Source: Cyanobacteria bacterium P01_A01_bin.123 (lineage in GTDB: Bacteria; Cyanobacteriota; Cyanobacteriia; Phormidesmidales; Phormidesmidaceae). Taken from it: a DNA stretch of 53,433 nucleotides. The notes beneath the pieces are model-generated. The model was not told where the DNA came from. It was given only the letters and a program-made list of their open reading frames with translations, and did not search any database. The position numbers were made by a program, and so were the translations under genes. The DNA is taken from the NCBI GenBank assembly GCA_039815185.1, contig JBCBZT010000051.1, positions 1-53,433 of the forward strand, written 5' to 3'. Shown here in pieces: positions 1-9,275 of this stretch. How positions within the stretch are numbered: the first letter of the stretch is position 1; every line of letters starts with the position of its first letter.

Positions 1-1
1 A

Positions 2-1957
2 ACGAGTCGTGAGCAGGAGCCGCAACTGCACAGTCATTGTGTCGTTATCAACGCCACGCAACTGCCGGATGGATCCTGGCGTAGCCTCAGCAATGAGGAG
101 ATTGTGGCGAATCAGAAGCTACTGGGCGAGATTTATCAGAATGAGCTGGCTTATCAGTTGCGACAGTGTGGGTATGGGATTGAACTGCTGAAAAACGGTC
201 AGTTTGAGCTGAAGGGTTACAGTCAGAAGCTTCTGGAGACTTTCTCAACTCGTAGGCAGCAAATCTTGGAACTGCTTCAGCGTTGGGAAGCAGAGCGATC
301 GCCCATGGTGAATGCTGATGGGAATGCGATTCCATCCAGTGCAGCGCGACGGGAAGCCGCAAATCTGCGATCGCGTCGCAGCAAACGAATCGTTCCGCGT
401 GAGGTGTTGTTGGCGGGTTGGCAAGAGGCGATCGCGGCCCAAAACCTGACACTGCCTCCTATTCCCAATGAACCATTGGCCCAAACTTTGGTTAGTCCTC
501 AACTGGCGGATTCAATCCTTTCAGGGATTGACCATGCGGCTGAACGGGAAGCGGTATTTCGTCGAGGGAAGGTGGAACGGTTCGTGCTGGAGAATCATCT
601 CGGGCAGCAGCAATTTAAGGACATTCAGCAGTCAATCGCGGCGACGAACCAACTTATCTCGGTTGATCCACTCAAGGATAAGGTCACGACGCAGCAGGGA
701 ATTCAGCGGGAACTGGAGACCATTCGGTTGATGCAGTGGGGTCAGGGAAAATTGGGGGCGATCACGTCCAAGGAAGAAATCAAGCAGTTTTTAGAGCAAG
801 CCCCAACGCTTACAAAGGGACAAAAAGATGCGATCGTAGTGTCGGCAAGCACAGGCGATCGCGTCATCGCTTGGCAGGGTGTCGCTGGGGCGGGTAAGAC
901 CTATAGCTTGAGGCTGTTTCGAGAGCTGGCGGAATCGAAGGGCTACGCCGTCAGGGGTTTTGCACCCAGTGCGGAGGCGGCGAATAGTCTGACTCGGGAG
1001 GCAGGATTATCGAGTGACACGGTGGCGGGGTTGTTGTGTCGCCAGGTTGAACCGGATGAGACGTTGAACCGCGAAATCTGGATTGTGGATGAGGCTGGGT
1101 TGCTGAGTGCCAAGGATGCTCATGCCTTGTTGATGAAAGCGGAAGCCCAGCAAGCACGAGTGATTTTGGTGGGCGATACGCGGCAGCTCTCGGCGGTTGA
1201 GGCGGGGAATCCTTTCAGGAGTTTGCAGGCGGGTGGGATTCGGACGGAATCATTGCGGCAAAAGACGCAAGACTTAAAAGCTTCGGTGAAATTGCTTGAA
1301 GCGGGTCAAATTGAAGCGGCGCTGGAGAAGCTGGATCAAAGTGGGGCACTTCAGGAAGTCTCAGATTTGGACAACCGGCTGAAACGAATTACCCAGGATT
1401 ATATGGGCCTATCACTGGAGGAGCGGGAGCGGACGCTGATTTTGGCGGGGACAAATGCTGAACGGTTAGCGCTAACGGCTCACATTCGAGCAGCTTTGCA
1501 AGGGGAAGGGCAATTGGGGCCAGACAGGTTTAGGCTGACCTCCCTGCGATCGCGCGATTTGACCACAGCCCAAGCAAAATATGCTCGTCAATATGCCATC
1601 GGCGATGTGATTGTGCCGACTCAGGATTACAAACGACAGGGTTTAGTCAAGCATCAACAGTATGGGGTTGTGGGGATAACGCCAGAGACTAACCAGCTCG
1701 TATTGGAAACGCCTCATGGTCAACTGATCACAGTTGATCCCGCTCGGTGTGAACGGAAGACAGTTTATGGGGTGCAGCAGATGGCGATCGCGGTGGGCGA
1801 TCGCTTGCGATGGACTCGCAATGACCGTGCAGCAGGCATTCACAATGGTCAGCGGTTCAGGGTTGAGCAAATTGATGCCCAAGGTCAGGCACAGGTTCAG
1901 GATGCGGAGGGCAAGATCAACCAGATCGATCTCAGTGGCAGGCAGTTTGTAGATTAG
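2..1957 (+). CDS. mobF: MobF (TrwC/TraI-like) relaxase-helicase; 5' end outside window, 3' end truncated by an IS
   Basis: Frame is open from nt 2: TSREQEPQLHSHCVVINAT (HUH motif), FSTRRQQI, Walker A QGVAGAGKT, Walker B IVDEAG, VGDTRQLSAVEAG. It stops at RQFVD* exactly where an IS end begins, before the last helicase motifs. Confidence 0.9.
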   Translation, partial: TSREQEPQLHSHCVVINATQLPDGSWRSLSNEEIVANQKLLGEIYQNELAYQLRQCGYGIELLKNGQFELKGYSQKLLETFSTRRQQILELLQRWEAERSPMVNADGNAIPSSAARREAANLRSRRSKRIVPREVLLAGWQEAIAAQNLTLPPIPNEPLAQTLVSPQLADSILSGIDHAAEREAVFRRGKVERFVLENHLGQQQFKDIQQSIAATNQLISVDPLKDKVTTQQGIQRELETIRLMQWGQGKLGAITSKEEIKQFLEQAPTLTKGQKDAIVVSASTGDRVIAWQGVAGAGKTYSLRLFRELAESKGYAVRGFAPSAEAANSLTREAGLSSDTVAGLLCRQVEPDETLNREIWIVDEAGLLSAKDAHALLMKAEAQQARVILVGDTRQLSAVEAGNPFRSLQAGGIRTESLRQKTQDLKASVKLLEAGQIEAALEKLDQSGALQEVSDLDNRLKRITQDYMGLSLEERERTLILAGTNAERLALTAHIRAALQGEGQLGPDRFRLTSLRSRDLTTAQAKYARQYAIGDVIVPTQDYKRQGLVKHQQYGVVGITPETNQLVLETPHGQLITVDPARCERKTVYGVQQMAIAVGDRLRWTRNDRAAGIHNGQRFRVEQIDAQGQAQVQDAEGKINQIDLSGRQFVD

Positions 1958-2636
1958 ACCTTATCGGAAATTAAGCCTGTAGAATCAACAACAGGCACCG
2001 AAGTGCAGGGCATCCGATGAAAATGACCTATGCCGAGTTACGGACGAAACCTCAGACCTTATGCAGTTTGACTGGCCTGAGAGTCGAAGAGTTTGAAGCG
2101 TTGCTGCCCAGCTTTGCCGTCGCTTGGGACAGCTTCATTCAAGAAACCTTCCAGGGTGAGGGTCGCAAACGGGCAATTGGAGCGGGTCGTAAAGTTCACT
2201 TGAGTGTCCTTGAAGATAAGTTGCTGTTCATCCTGGTATATTTCCGTCTCTATCTGACACAGGTAGTTCAGGGTTTTCTCTTTGGCATGAGCCAAGCCCA
2301 AGCGAATCAATGGATTCATCGACTGAGCGGGGTGCTCAACAGCGCCTAAGGCGATGAACAACAATTGCCCGAACGAGAACCCGCAAAACTGCCTCAAGTT
2401 TTGCGGGCTTGCCCAAGCTTAGAGTTCATCAAGCGGTGCCAAATTCTAGTTCAGCCGTTTCGCAATTGGGCGGCTCACTATCTTGATGACGTGATGGAAA
2501 CGGCCTGTGGATTACACAATTTCCGCCTGACTCATCGGCCTAAGAGAGGGGCACCTCTGCTTCAAGCAGCTTAGATCCCAAAGCATCAGGGGAGATAGTG
2601 ACTGGATGAGATTTTCCTCCTATTTCCGATAAAATT
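1957..2636 (+). mobile_element. Internally deleted IS5-like element (DDE_Tnp_4/HTH_Tnp_4 type)
   Basis: Imperfect IRs GACCTTATCGGAAAT / ATTTCCGATAAAATT, both flanked by TA, enclosing a transposase remnant. Confidence 0.7.
2017..2574 (+). pseudogene. Transposase pseudogene
   Basis: SLTGL...LLFILVYFRLY...LFGMSQ HTH region, in-frame TAA at 2347, then LEFI joined directly to KRCQIL..ACGLHNFR, so the DDE core is missing. Confidence 0.75.
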
Positions 2637-2685
2637 TATTGAGTTGTAGAGGTTGGGCTTTTGGGTGACGAAGAAGGGGATGTAT

Positions 2686-3191
2686 CTTGGGTAGGGCGTT
2701 CCAGAGCTGTTGAGCACTGCCTTGGCTGCGATCTCCAACCTGGGCACCAATGATTTCTCGGGTCTCAACATCGAGGGCTAACCAGACCATTGTTTGTTTC
2801 CCTTGTGGTCGACAAACGACCAGAGTTCGTCGCATTGCACTGTCAAAGGCCTCTTTTTTTGGCCGTATCTGAACCGTCCGTGAGGTTTGAGCGGCTTTAC
2901 AATTGACATAATCTTGAAGCCACTGCTCTGAGACTTGCACCGCTCGGGCAATGCCTGTCATGGAGAGTCGCTCTAGCAACAATCGGTCAATCAACTCTCG
3001 AGTGGCCTGGTCAATGCGTTTATCGGTGGGATTTTCGACGAATTGATAACCGCAGCCTCGGCAGAGGAAACGCTGCTTGCCTGTATGAATACGACCGTTT
3101 TTGACGGTGCGCTCGGCGCTACATTTGGGGCAACTGGGCATGGACAGGATGCTAATGACTGCGATCTCACTTTAACAACTCCATCATTACC
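2686..3191 (-). mobile_element. IS1-family element, 3'-truncated (InsA plus start of InsB)
   Basis: GGTAATG left end at 3191; ATG 3141 MPSCPKC..KNG..GKQRFLCRGC zinc finger; A7G slippery site near 2854-2861; InsB-like WLALDVETREIIG..GDRS. Confidence 0.8.
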
Positions 3192-3193
3192 CC

Positions 3194-3445
3194 TTGAGTA
3201 CTACCGCCTTGTTTTCTATCGTAACCGTTTTGGCGCATCAGGATCAGCAGCGTTTCTCGTTTTCGATGACGCAAACTGCCTGGTACAAAAAATCACTGCC
3301 TACTTTTGCAGATGCGCTAGCCTTGGTACGGCAACGGCTTTGGCTTTGGCAGACTTTTCAAACATCAGACTCAAACTTGGAGCTGGTTAAAGTGCCTCGC
3401 AATCTCTTCAACACTTGGGCTGACTTACTGTATTATGCGGCTTAA
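3194..3445 (+). pseudogene. C-terminal transposase fragment (IS701/IS4-like)
   Basis: TAWYKKSLPTFADALALVRQRLW resembles transposase C-termini; the 5' part is replaced by the IS1. Confidence 0.55.
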
Positions 3446-3589
3446 TGGATAAAGTCGAGCTTAGGCTATGCGCCCGCATCCTTTGAGTGGCGTCATTAGC
3501 CAGCAGAAGAAAGTCCCTTTGCGGCTATGGCTACCCAGCGTCCGTCCATCGGCGTCTTCATTCAAAAACTCGCCAGCCTCTACAACAGG

Positions 3590-3709
3590 TGACGGTGCTT
3601 AAAGGGATTCGTACTGAGCCTCGTTAGCTGCGTTGCCCAAAATCAAGTCTGGTTCAGCTTTGGCGATCGTGGCCGTCTCAGCCTGAACATTGATGATGCC
3701 GACATCGAC
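3590..3709 (-). pseudogene. Remnant of a second Fe-siderophore periplasmic binding protein gene
   Basis: Minus strand translates to TIAKAEPDLILGNAANEAQYESL*AP, matching KIAALKPDLIL...YSQLTEIAP in the intact gene at 5153-6106. Confidence 0.45.
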
Positions 3710-3716
3710 TATATTG

Positions 3717-5006
3717 CTATCCGACATCGCTAAGCTCGACCTGTCGCAGTGTACGTATCCTGTAACCTCCTGCAGCAATCAGCACACCACAGCTCGCAAA
3801 TAGCGCCATCTGCAATGCCATGCCAGCACCAGAGCCAGTCCCAAAGATACCGCCAAAAACTTGAGACAGCGCCTGACTGGGTTGCATGGCAGGCTCAAAA
3901 ACCCGATCGGCAAGAGGGCCAGCGATCGCTGCTCCGAAAGGAGTCGCCAACTGTGTCACCAAAAATCGACTGGCAAACACTCGCCCCTGCACCTCGGGTT
4001 CCACCTGCGATCGCCAGATGGCTTGGCTACAGCTCACCGGAAAAGGCGAACAAAATCCACTGATTAAAGTAGTGCCAATTTGGGTTGCAAGATTTCGAGA
4101 CAGGGCCAGTACAATCAGGCCCGTCTTCCAAATAGCGCTAGAGATCAATACTCCGTGGATACGCCGTTTTGGCCCACCCCAGAGGCTAAGCGTCAGGCCT
4201 CCTAATAGTCCTCCTATGCCAAAGAAGGAAAATAAAGTACCCATAACCGCAGCATCACTGTTGGTGCGGGCCAGCACCATCGGCTGCAACAGGCTGAAGC
4301 TAGCGCTGTCGATAAAGTTGCTGATTAGGAAAAAACTCAGCAACACTCTTAAACCAGGGCGACGCCACAAATAACGAAAGCCAAAGGTAAGCTGCCGCCA
4401 CACCGTTTCAGTTTCTATCATTTTCGGTTGGGGAGCAGCCGCGATCGTAGGCTGAGGAATCGTCACCAAGCTTAGGGTTACGATCGCAATGCCAAAAGTA
4501 ATCAAATCAATAGTGAGAATGCCGCTCAGCCCCGCGATCGCGTAAATACCCCCTGCAAGGGCAGGTGCAACCACAAAGCCCCCCGACATTTGTAAAGCTT
4601 CAAAGGCCGAAGCGCGGGCGTAGTGCCGCTCAGCCACAATCAGCGACATAGAAGCGGAGTGAGCTAACCCCTGCACATAGCCAAAAACCCCGTTGATGCT
4701 GCCAGAGACATAGAGATGCCAAATCTGTAGGCGATCGCTTAGAAACAGCGCCAGAAGAACAGCAGTGGACAGCCCTGCCACAGTATCTCCCAGTAGCATC
4801 AGCGTTTTGCGATTAAAGCGATCCACCCAAATTCCGGCAAAAGGAGAAATCAACAGTCGAGGAATTTGGGTTACCGCCATAATAAATGCCAGCGGTGTGG
4901 CTTGTCCCGTCACCTCCCATGCCCAAATAGTGATGGCAAAGTTGGTCATTTGAGAGCCGAGTAGGGAAGCGAATTGACCCAACCAAATGGTAAAAAAGGT
5001 TCGCAC
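3717..5006 (-). CDS. MFS transporter (DHA3/EntS-like exporter), putative siderophore or metabolite export
   Basis: 429 aa, about 12 hydrophobic segments, MFS motif A GIWVDRFNRK, QGRVF; co-oriented with the uptake genes. Confidence 0.88.
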   Translation of the reverse strand: MRTFFTIWLGQFASLLGSQMTNFAITIWAWEVTGQATPLAFIMAVTQIPRLLISPFAGIWVDRFNRKTLMLLGDTVAGLSTAVLLALFLSDRLQIWHLYVSGSINGVFGYVQGLAHSASMSLIVAERHYARASAFEALQMSGGFVVAPALAGGIYAIAGLSGILTIDLITFGIAIVTLSLVTIPQPTIAAAPQPKMIETETVWRQLTFGFRYLWRRPGLRVLLSFFLISNFIDSASFSLLQPMVLARTNSDAAVMGTLFSFFGIGGLLGGLTLSLWGGPKRRIHGVLISSAIWKTGLIVLALSRNLATQIGTTLISGFCSPFPVSCSQAIWRSQVEPEVQGRVFASRFLVTQLATPFGAAIAGPLADRVFEPAMQPSQALSQVFGGIFGTGSGAGMALQMALFASCGVLIAAGGYRIRTLRQVELSDVG

Positions 5007-5152
5007 GGTAGTAGATATCTCCTCATGACTCCCACAGGCTTTATGCTCAAGCAGTTGGGAAACGATGTCTCAATGAGCTAGGTTAGACAGGGAGTGGATC
5101 CCTAGGGGTTTTGGCTCCGCAACGTATTTTTTTCGAGCCCCAAATGCATTTT

Positions 5153-6106
5153 TTAATTGCCCATATACGTTAATAAATCGTCCAGGATAAGATTGGCCGC
5201 GATGTAACTGCCGATCGCCCAATGGAAGTTAACCTCGTACACCTGATTAGCCTGCACCGCCTTGAGCTGAGACCAGAGCGGATGGGCCTTGATGCGATCG
5301 CTTTCAGCCTGACTGCCTTTTGCCACTTCCGTGTCGCCCTGCAACATCATAATAAATATGACATCCCCATCGAGCAGGTCGAGAGATTCTAGGGAAACAT
5401 TTTGCGGACCTTGGGCCTGAGATTGGCTGGGGGGACGGGCGATGCCAGCGTCTGCTAATACACTACCGGCAAACGTTTCGATTCCTGTGGCTCTAATCAG
5501 CCCTGGAAAGATAGATACGATAGACACCTGGGGTGGGTTACCCGTTGACGAGAGTTGTGCTTTGACTTGCTGCAACTTGGTGTCATAGGCGGCGGATAGT
5601 TTTTCAGTTTCGGTCGGTTTGCCTAACGCCTCTCCACATAGGCGAGTGAGTTCTTTCCATTCATGGTTGCCATCAACATCTAGCACCACCGTGGGGGCAA
5701 TCTCCGTTAACTGGCTATAGCCATCGCCAAGTCGATATTTGCTAGTGAGGATCAAGTCTGGCTTCAGGGCAGCAATTTTCTCCAGGTTGGGCTGAACTGG
5801 ATCGCCAATCTCTGCCACTGTTTCTTGATCCAAGGCAAGATGCAGCAGTTGATCAACGGCACCATTGGGCACCCCAATTGGCTGTACCCCGTGGGCTATA
5901 ACCGCTTCAATCGTGGTATACCCCAATGCAATCACCCGAGTTAGATTCGCAGGAACCTCTGTTTCACCAAAAGCATGCTTGACTCGTCTGACTGCTGCAG
6001 GGGCAGCAGGACTGGGTGAATGATCCAGAGAACTCGGTCTTGTGCAGGCGGAGACAATTAGGGCAGCAGCCCCCACCCGCAGAAAGAAGCGACGTTGGCA
6101 GTACAT
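5153..6106 (-). CDS. Iron-siderophore ABC transporter substrate-binding lipoprotein (FhuD/FecB family)
   Basis: Likely start ATG 6106, MYCQRRFFLRVGAAALIVSAC (lipobox); VKHAFGETEVP, PNLEKIAALKPDLI, IAPTV, PLWSQLKAVQANQVY. Confidence 0.92.
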   Translation of the reverse strand: MYCQRRFFLRVGAAALIVSACTRPSSLDHSPSPAAPAAVRRVKHAFGETEVPANLTRVIALGYTTIEAVIAHGVQPIGVPNGAVDQLLHLALDQETVAEIGDPVQPNLEKIAALKPDLILTSKYRLGDGYSQLTEIAPTVVLDVDGNHEWKELTRLCGEALGKPTETEKLSAAYDTKLQQVKAQLSSTGNPPQVSIVSIFPGLIRATGIETFAGSVLADAGIARPPSQSQAQGPQNVSLESLDLLDGDVIFIMMLQGDTEVAKGSQAESDRIKAHPLWSQLKAVQANQVYEVNFHWAIGSYIAANLILDDLLTYMGN

Positions 6107-6113
6107 AAATAGG

Positions 6114-8759
6114 TCAAAATTCAATGGAGAAAGAGCCAATGAGTGTGAATCCCGTACCAGGGGAAATACCAAACGTTCTGCTATTGCGAGAGCCTTCAAT
6201 ATAATTCACATCAAAAAGGTTGCGAATATTGATCGCAGCTTGCCAGTTGTCCCGTTGGTAAGAAATCGCAGCATTGGTGAGGAAATAGCTGTCTAGCGTA
6301 AAGTCGTTGGCGTTATTGCCAAACCGCTCATCAACATAGTTAAAGCCTAGACCAAAGCCTAACCCTTCTAGGGCTCCCGATTGAATGTCGTAGGTAGTCC
6401 ACAAGTTAAAGTTGTTTTCTGGCACGCCAAACAAACGATTGCCTTCTATGCCGGTGTTGTCTTCAGTAATGTCAGCATCGGTGTAAGCATAGTTAGCGAT
6501 GATGTTCCAACCGGGCAAAATTTCTCCCGCGATGTCTAATTCAATCCCTTGGCTGCGTTGCTCACCCGTTGCAACCGAGAACATAGAGTTATTGGGGTCA
6601 GGGTTGGCTACATTCCGTTTGGTGAGATTGAAGAAAGCTATGTTGGCGATTAGTCTACCGTCTAGCAGCTCTGCTCTAGCCCCAACTTCAAATTGCTCTC
6701 CTCGTTCGGGGGGGATAATTTCAAAGTTGGACGTTTGGGCTGTATTAGGGACAAAAGACCGACTGAAACTACCATATAGGGACAATTCTTCGATGGGCTG
6801 ATAGACTAACCCCAATCTGGGGCTGAAGGCAGCTTCATTAAAGGTTTGTACAGAACCTGGTATGACAAAAGTTTGGTTGTTCACAAGTTCTTGTCGAACG
6901 GTCTCATAACGAATCCCAGCGAGAAGGATCAGGTTATCTGCCAAGTCAATCTGGTCTTGGATATAAATGCCATAAGCCTCTACGCTATTCTCTGAATCAA
7001 TAAAAGGTATCGCCGTAGCTCGCTCAGGACGAGGAACCGTCCCATAGACCGGATTGAAAATGTTATTGAAGATGGGCGTAAATGAGAGACTTTCAAAGCG
7101 AGGATTTACATATCGAAAGTAATCAAACCCAAAGAGTAATGTGTGTTCGATGGCTCCTGTGTTAAATTCGCCTACCACATTGGTCTGCAACTCAAGGTTG
7201 TTATTTTCTTGCTCCGAGAAGAAGTAGTTTGATATCGTATTTCCGGCAGCATCCGGGGGATTCACGTTCACAAAGGCGCTACTGAGATCAAAGCTAGTGA
7301 TCCGGAAAGCATTGCGAAATTGCCAATTATCGCTAAAGCGGTGCTCAAAATCATAGCCGATGCGTATCAGTTCAGTTTGACTAATGTCGTCTGGTTCACC
7401 GAGAACCCGCTCAAAGGGAATATCGGCGACGCCATCGCCCACTGCAACTAAGCCTGTATCTGGGGGTGTCTCAGAATCCACGTACTCCAGGCTGACGGTG
7501 AGGTCGGTATTATCACTAATTTGCCAGCTGATCACTGGGGCAATGAAGGTACGGAGCACATCTGTAGTGAAATCGCGAAAATAGTCTTCGCGACGATGTA
7601 GCGCGTTTAACCGATAGCGCAGGCGACCATCTTCAGTTAGGGGCCCTGAGAGATCAATGCTAGGCTCAATTAAGCCTTGATTGCCGATTCGCAAACCCAA
7701 CTCATAAGATGGTTCACTCAGGGGCTGCTCAGTCACAAAGTTAATCACCCCGCCTGGCTCTACCGAACCAAACACAATTGAAGCGGGTCCCTTCAACACT
7801 TCTATGGTTTCGACGTTAGCAAGCTCCGGAAAGCCAGGATTTCCAAAGCCTCCAAATGTCAGCCTATACCCATCCCTCAAAATAGCAGGATCTTCAAAAC
7901 CTCGGAGAATAAATCGTTGCGCAGTACCGGTGTTGCCTGCAAATGTTGCGCCACTAACATTCCGCAAGGCATCATTGAGGCGAATCACCCCCTGATCTTC
8001 CAGCACTTCCTGGGGAATCACCTGAATTGACTGGGGAATATCGCGTAGGGGCGTATCAGTGCGGGTGGCAGTGGTGGTATCAGGCGCATAGTAACGACTG
8101 CCTTGCTCGCCCGTCACCACAATCTGCAGTGCCTCATCGCCTTCACCCGCTTGGGCAACTCCCGGCACTGCTGTTAGGGTCAAGGCCGTTGCTGCCGCGT
8201 TAACCTCAACCGTAGGGGCAGCATCAGTACCAGTAATTGCCACCTGTACTCGGTCGCCCGGCAACCTGGTGATCTCTACTAAGGCAATGCCCTCGGCGGG
8301 TTCAAACTGCTGAAACATATCACCCTCTGGCAGTGCCAATACAGCATTGGGAATCTCTAGCGTGAGTGCATTCCCGGACACCGTAGTAGTGGGAGTCGCC
8401 AACTCACTGTTTGCCGTTTCTAAGATGACTTGTAGACCAGCTTCAGTTGCTTCTAGACGAACTCCGGTAATTTGCACCAATGAGGCTTCGATTTGAGCCA
8501 ACCAGTCTGTGACGGTGGTGGTGAGTTGGGGCGATTGGGAGAGGGGAGGCGGGGGAGCAGGAGAGTTTACCCTGAGCGAAGTTGAAGGAAGGGGGAGTGT
8601 TGATTCTTCGCTTGCCCCTGCTGCTGTGTCTTGAGTTATGGGGACTTCAAGGATTTCTAGCTCAGATTGGCCCAGTGCCGCTGCAGCGGTCAGCATCTGT
8701 CCACTCGCAACGGTCAACAGGGTAAGCAGACTTAAACTCGGTAACGATTTTGACATCAT
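6114..8759 (-). CDS. TonB-dependent siderophore receptor with N-terminal AMIN domain
   Basis: Start ATG 8759 preceded by GAGG; AMIN-like VQITGVRLEATEAGLQVIL; plug motifs DIPQSIQVIP and IEVLKGPASIVFG; C-terminal NLFD...SIEF. Confidence 0.95.
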   Translation of the reverse strand: MMSKSLPSLSLLTLLTVASGQMLTAAAALGQSELEILEVPITQDTAAGASEESTLPLPSTSLRVNSPAPPPPLSQSPQLTTTVTDWLAQIEASLVQITGVRLEATEAGLQVILETANSELATPTTTVSGNALTLEIPNAVLALPEGDMFQQFEPAEGIALVEITRLPGDRVQVAITGTDAAPTVEVNAAATALTLTAVPGVAQAGEGDEALQIVVTGEQGSRYYAPDTTTATRTDTPLRDIPQSIQVIPQEVLEDQGVIRLNDALRNVSGATFAGNTGTAQRFILRGFEDPAILRDGYRLTFGGFGNPGFPELANVETIEVLKGPASIVFGSVEPGGVINFVTEQPLSEPSYELGLRIGNQGLIEPSIDLSGPLTEDGRLRYRLNALHRREDYFRDFTTDVLRTFIAPVISWQISDNTDLTVSLEYVDSETPPDTGLVAVGDGVADIPFERVLGEPDDISQTELIRIGYDFEHRFSDNWQFRNAFRITSFDLSSAFVNVNPPDAAGNTISNYFFSEQENNNLELQTNVVGEFNTGAIEHTLLFGFDYFRYVNPRFESLSFTPIFNNIFNPVYGTVPRPERATAIPFIDSENSVEAYGIYIQDQIDLADNLILLAGIRYETVRQELVNNQTFVIPGSVQTFNEAAFSPRLGLVYQPIEELSLYGSFSRSFVPNTAQTSNFEIIPPERGEQFEVGARAELLDGRLIANIAFFNLTKRNVANPDPNNSMFSVATGEQRSQGIELDIAGEILPGWNIIANYAYTDADITEDNTGIEGNRLFGVPENNFNLWTTYDIQSGALEGLGFGLGFNYVDERFGNNANDFTLDSYFLTNAAISYQRDNWQAAINIRNLFDVNYIEGSRNSRTFGISPGTGFTLIGSFSIEF

Positions 8760-8847
8760 GTTCCTCACACACACACACTTGTTCCAGCCGAATCAGTCGG
8801 CAGCAAACGTCATTTGCAACTGCGATGACTTGGGGCATTAAGCTTGA

Positions 8848-8866
8848 AGCTAATTATTCTCAATTA
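8848..8866 (-). promoter_or_regulatory. Putative Fur box, proximal copy
   Basis: Minus strand TAATTGAGAATAATTAGCT resembles the Fur consensus GATAATGATAATCATTATC, about 90 nt upstream of the receptor ATG. Confidence 0.65.
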
Positions 8867-9047
8867 GAACAATAGTCTACACCAGAAATCTTGCGCCCTA
8901 AACGCATCGCAACGGTCAACAGGGTAAGCAGACTTAAACTCGGTAACGATTTTGACATCATGTTCCTCACACACACGCTTGTTCCAGCCCAATCAGTCGG
9001 CAGCAAACGTCATTTGCAACTGCGATGACTTGGGGCATTAAGCTTGA

Positions 9048-9066
9048 AGCTAATTATTCTCAATTA
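9048..9066 (-). promoter_or_regulatory. Putative Fur box, distal duplicated copy
   Basis: Identical motif in the second repeat unit. Confidence 0.6.
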
Positions 9067-9275
9067 GAATAATAGTCTACACCAGAAATCTTGCGCCCCA
9101 AACGCATTTCTTTGGTATGGTTCAAGACTACGCTTTACGTTGGGGGATTGAGACGCGCCAGCCTCAATACCCTCATAGTCGTGGTCATTCTGGCGCTGAG
9201 GATTCTGAGTCAACGAATTATGTTTCGGCATGAGCATTCTCCAATAAAGCTTCTAGGGTGCATGAGAGAGAGGGG

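Larger units (their letters stand above)
8706..9107. repeat. Tandem duplication (202 + 200 bp) of the receptor promoter, RBS and first 18 codons
   Basis: Copies at 8706-8907 and 8908-9107 differ only in the AC run ((AC)6 vs (AC)4GC) and three single substitutions. Confidence 0.95.

Noticed and set aside
367..1810. Recurrent GCGATCGC octamers
   Set aside because: HIP1, a known genome-wide cyanobacterial repeat; useful only as a taxonomic clue.
6107..6199. Longer N-terminus for the binding protein overlapping the receptor gene
   Set aside because: The signal peptide begins at ATG 6106; the extension is only an open frame.
8767..8778. (AC)6 tract as a phase-variation switch for the receptor
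   Set aside because: It lies upstream of the RBS and the likely ATG (8759), so it cannot shift the frame.
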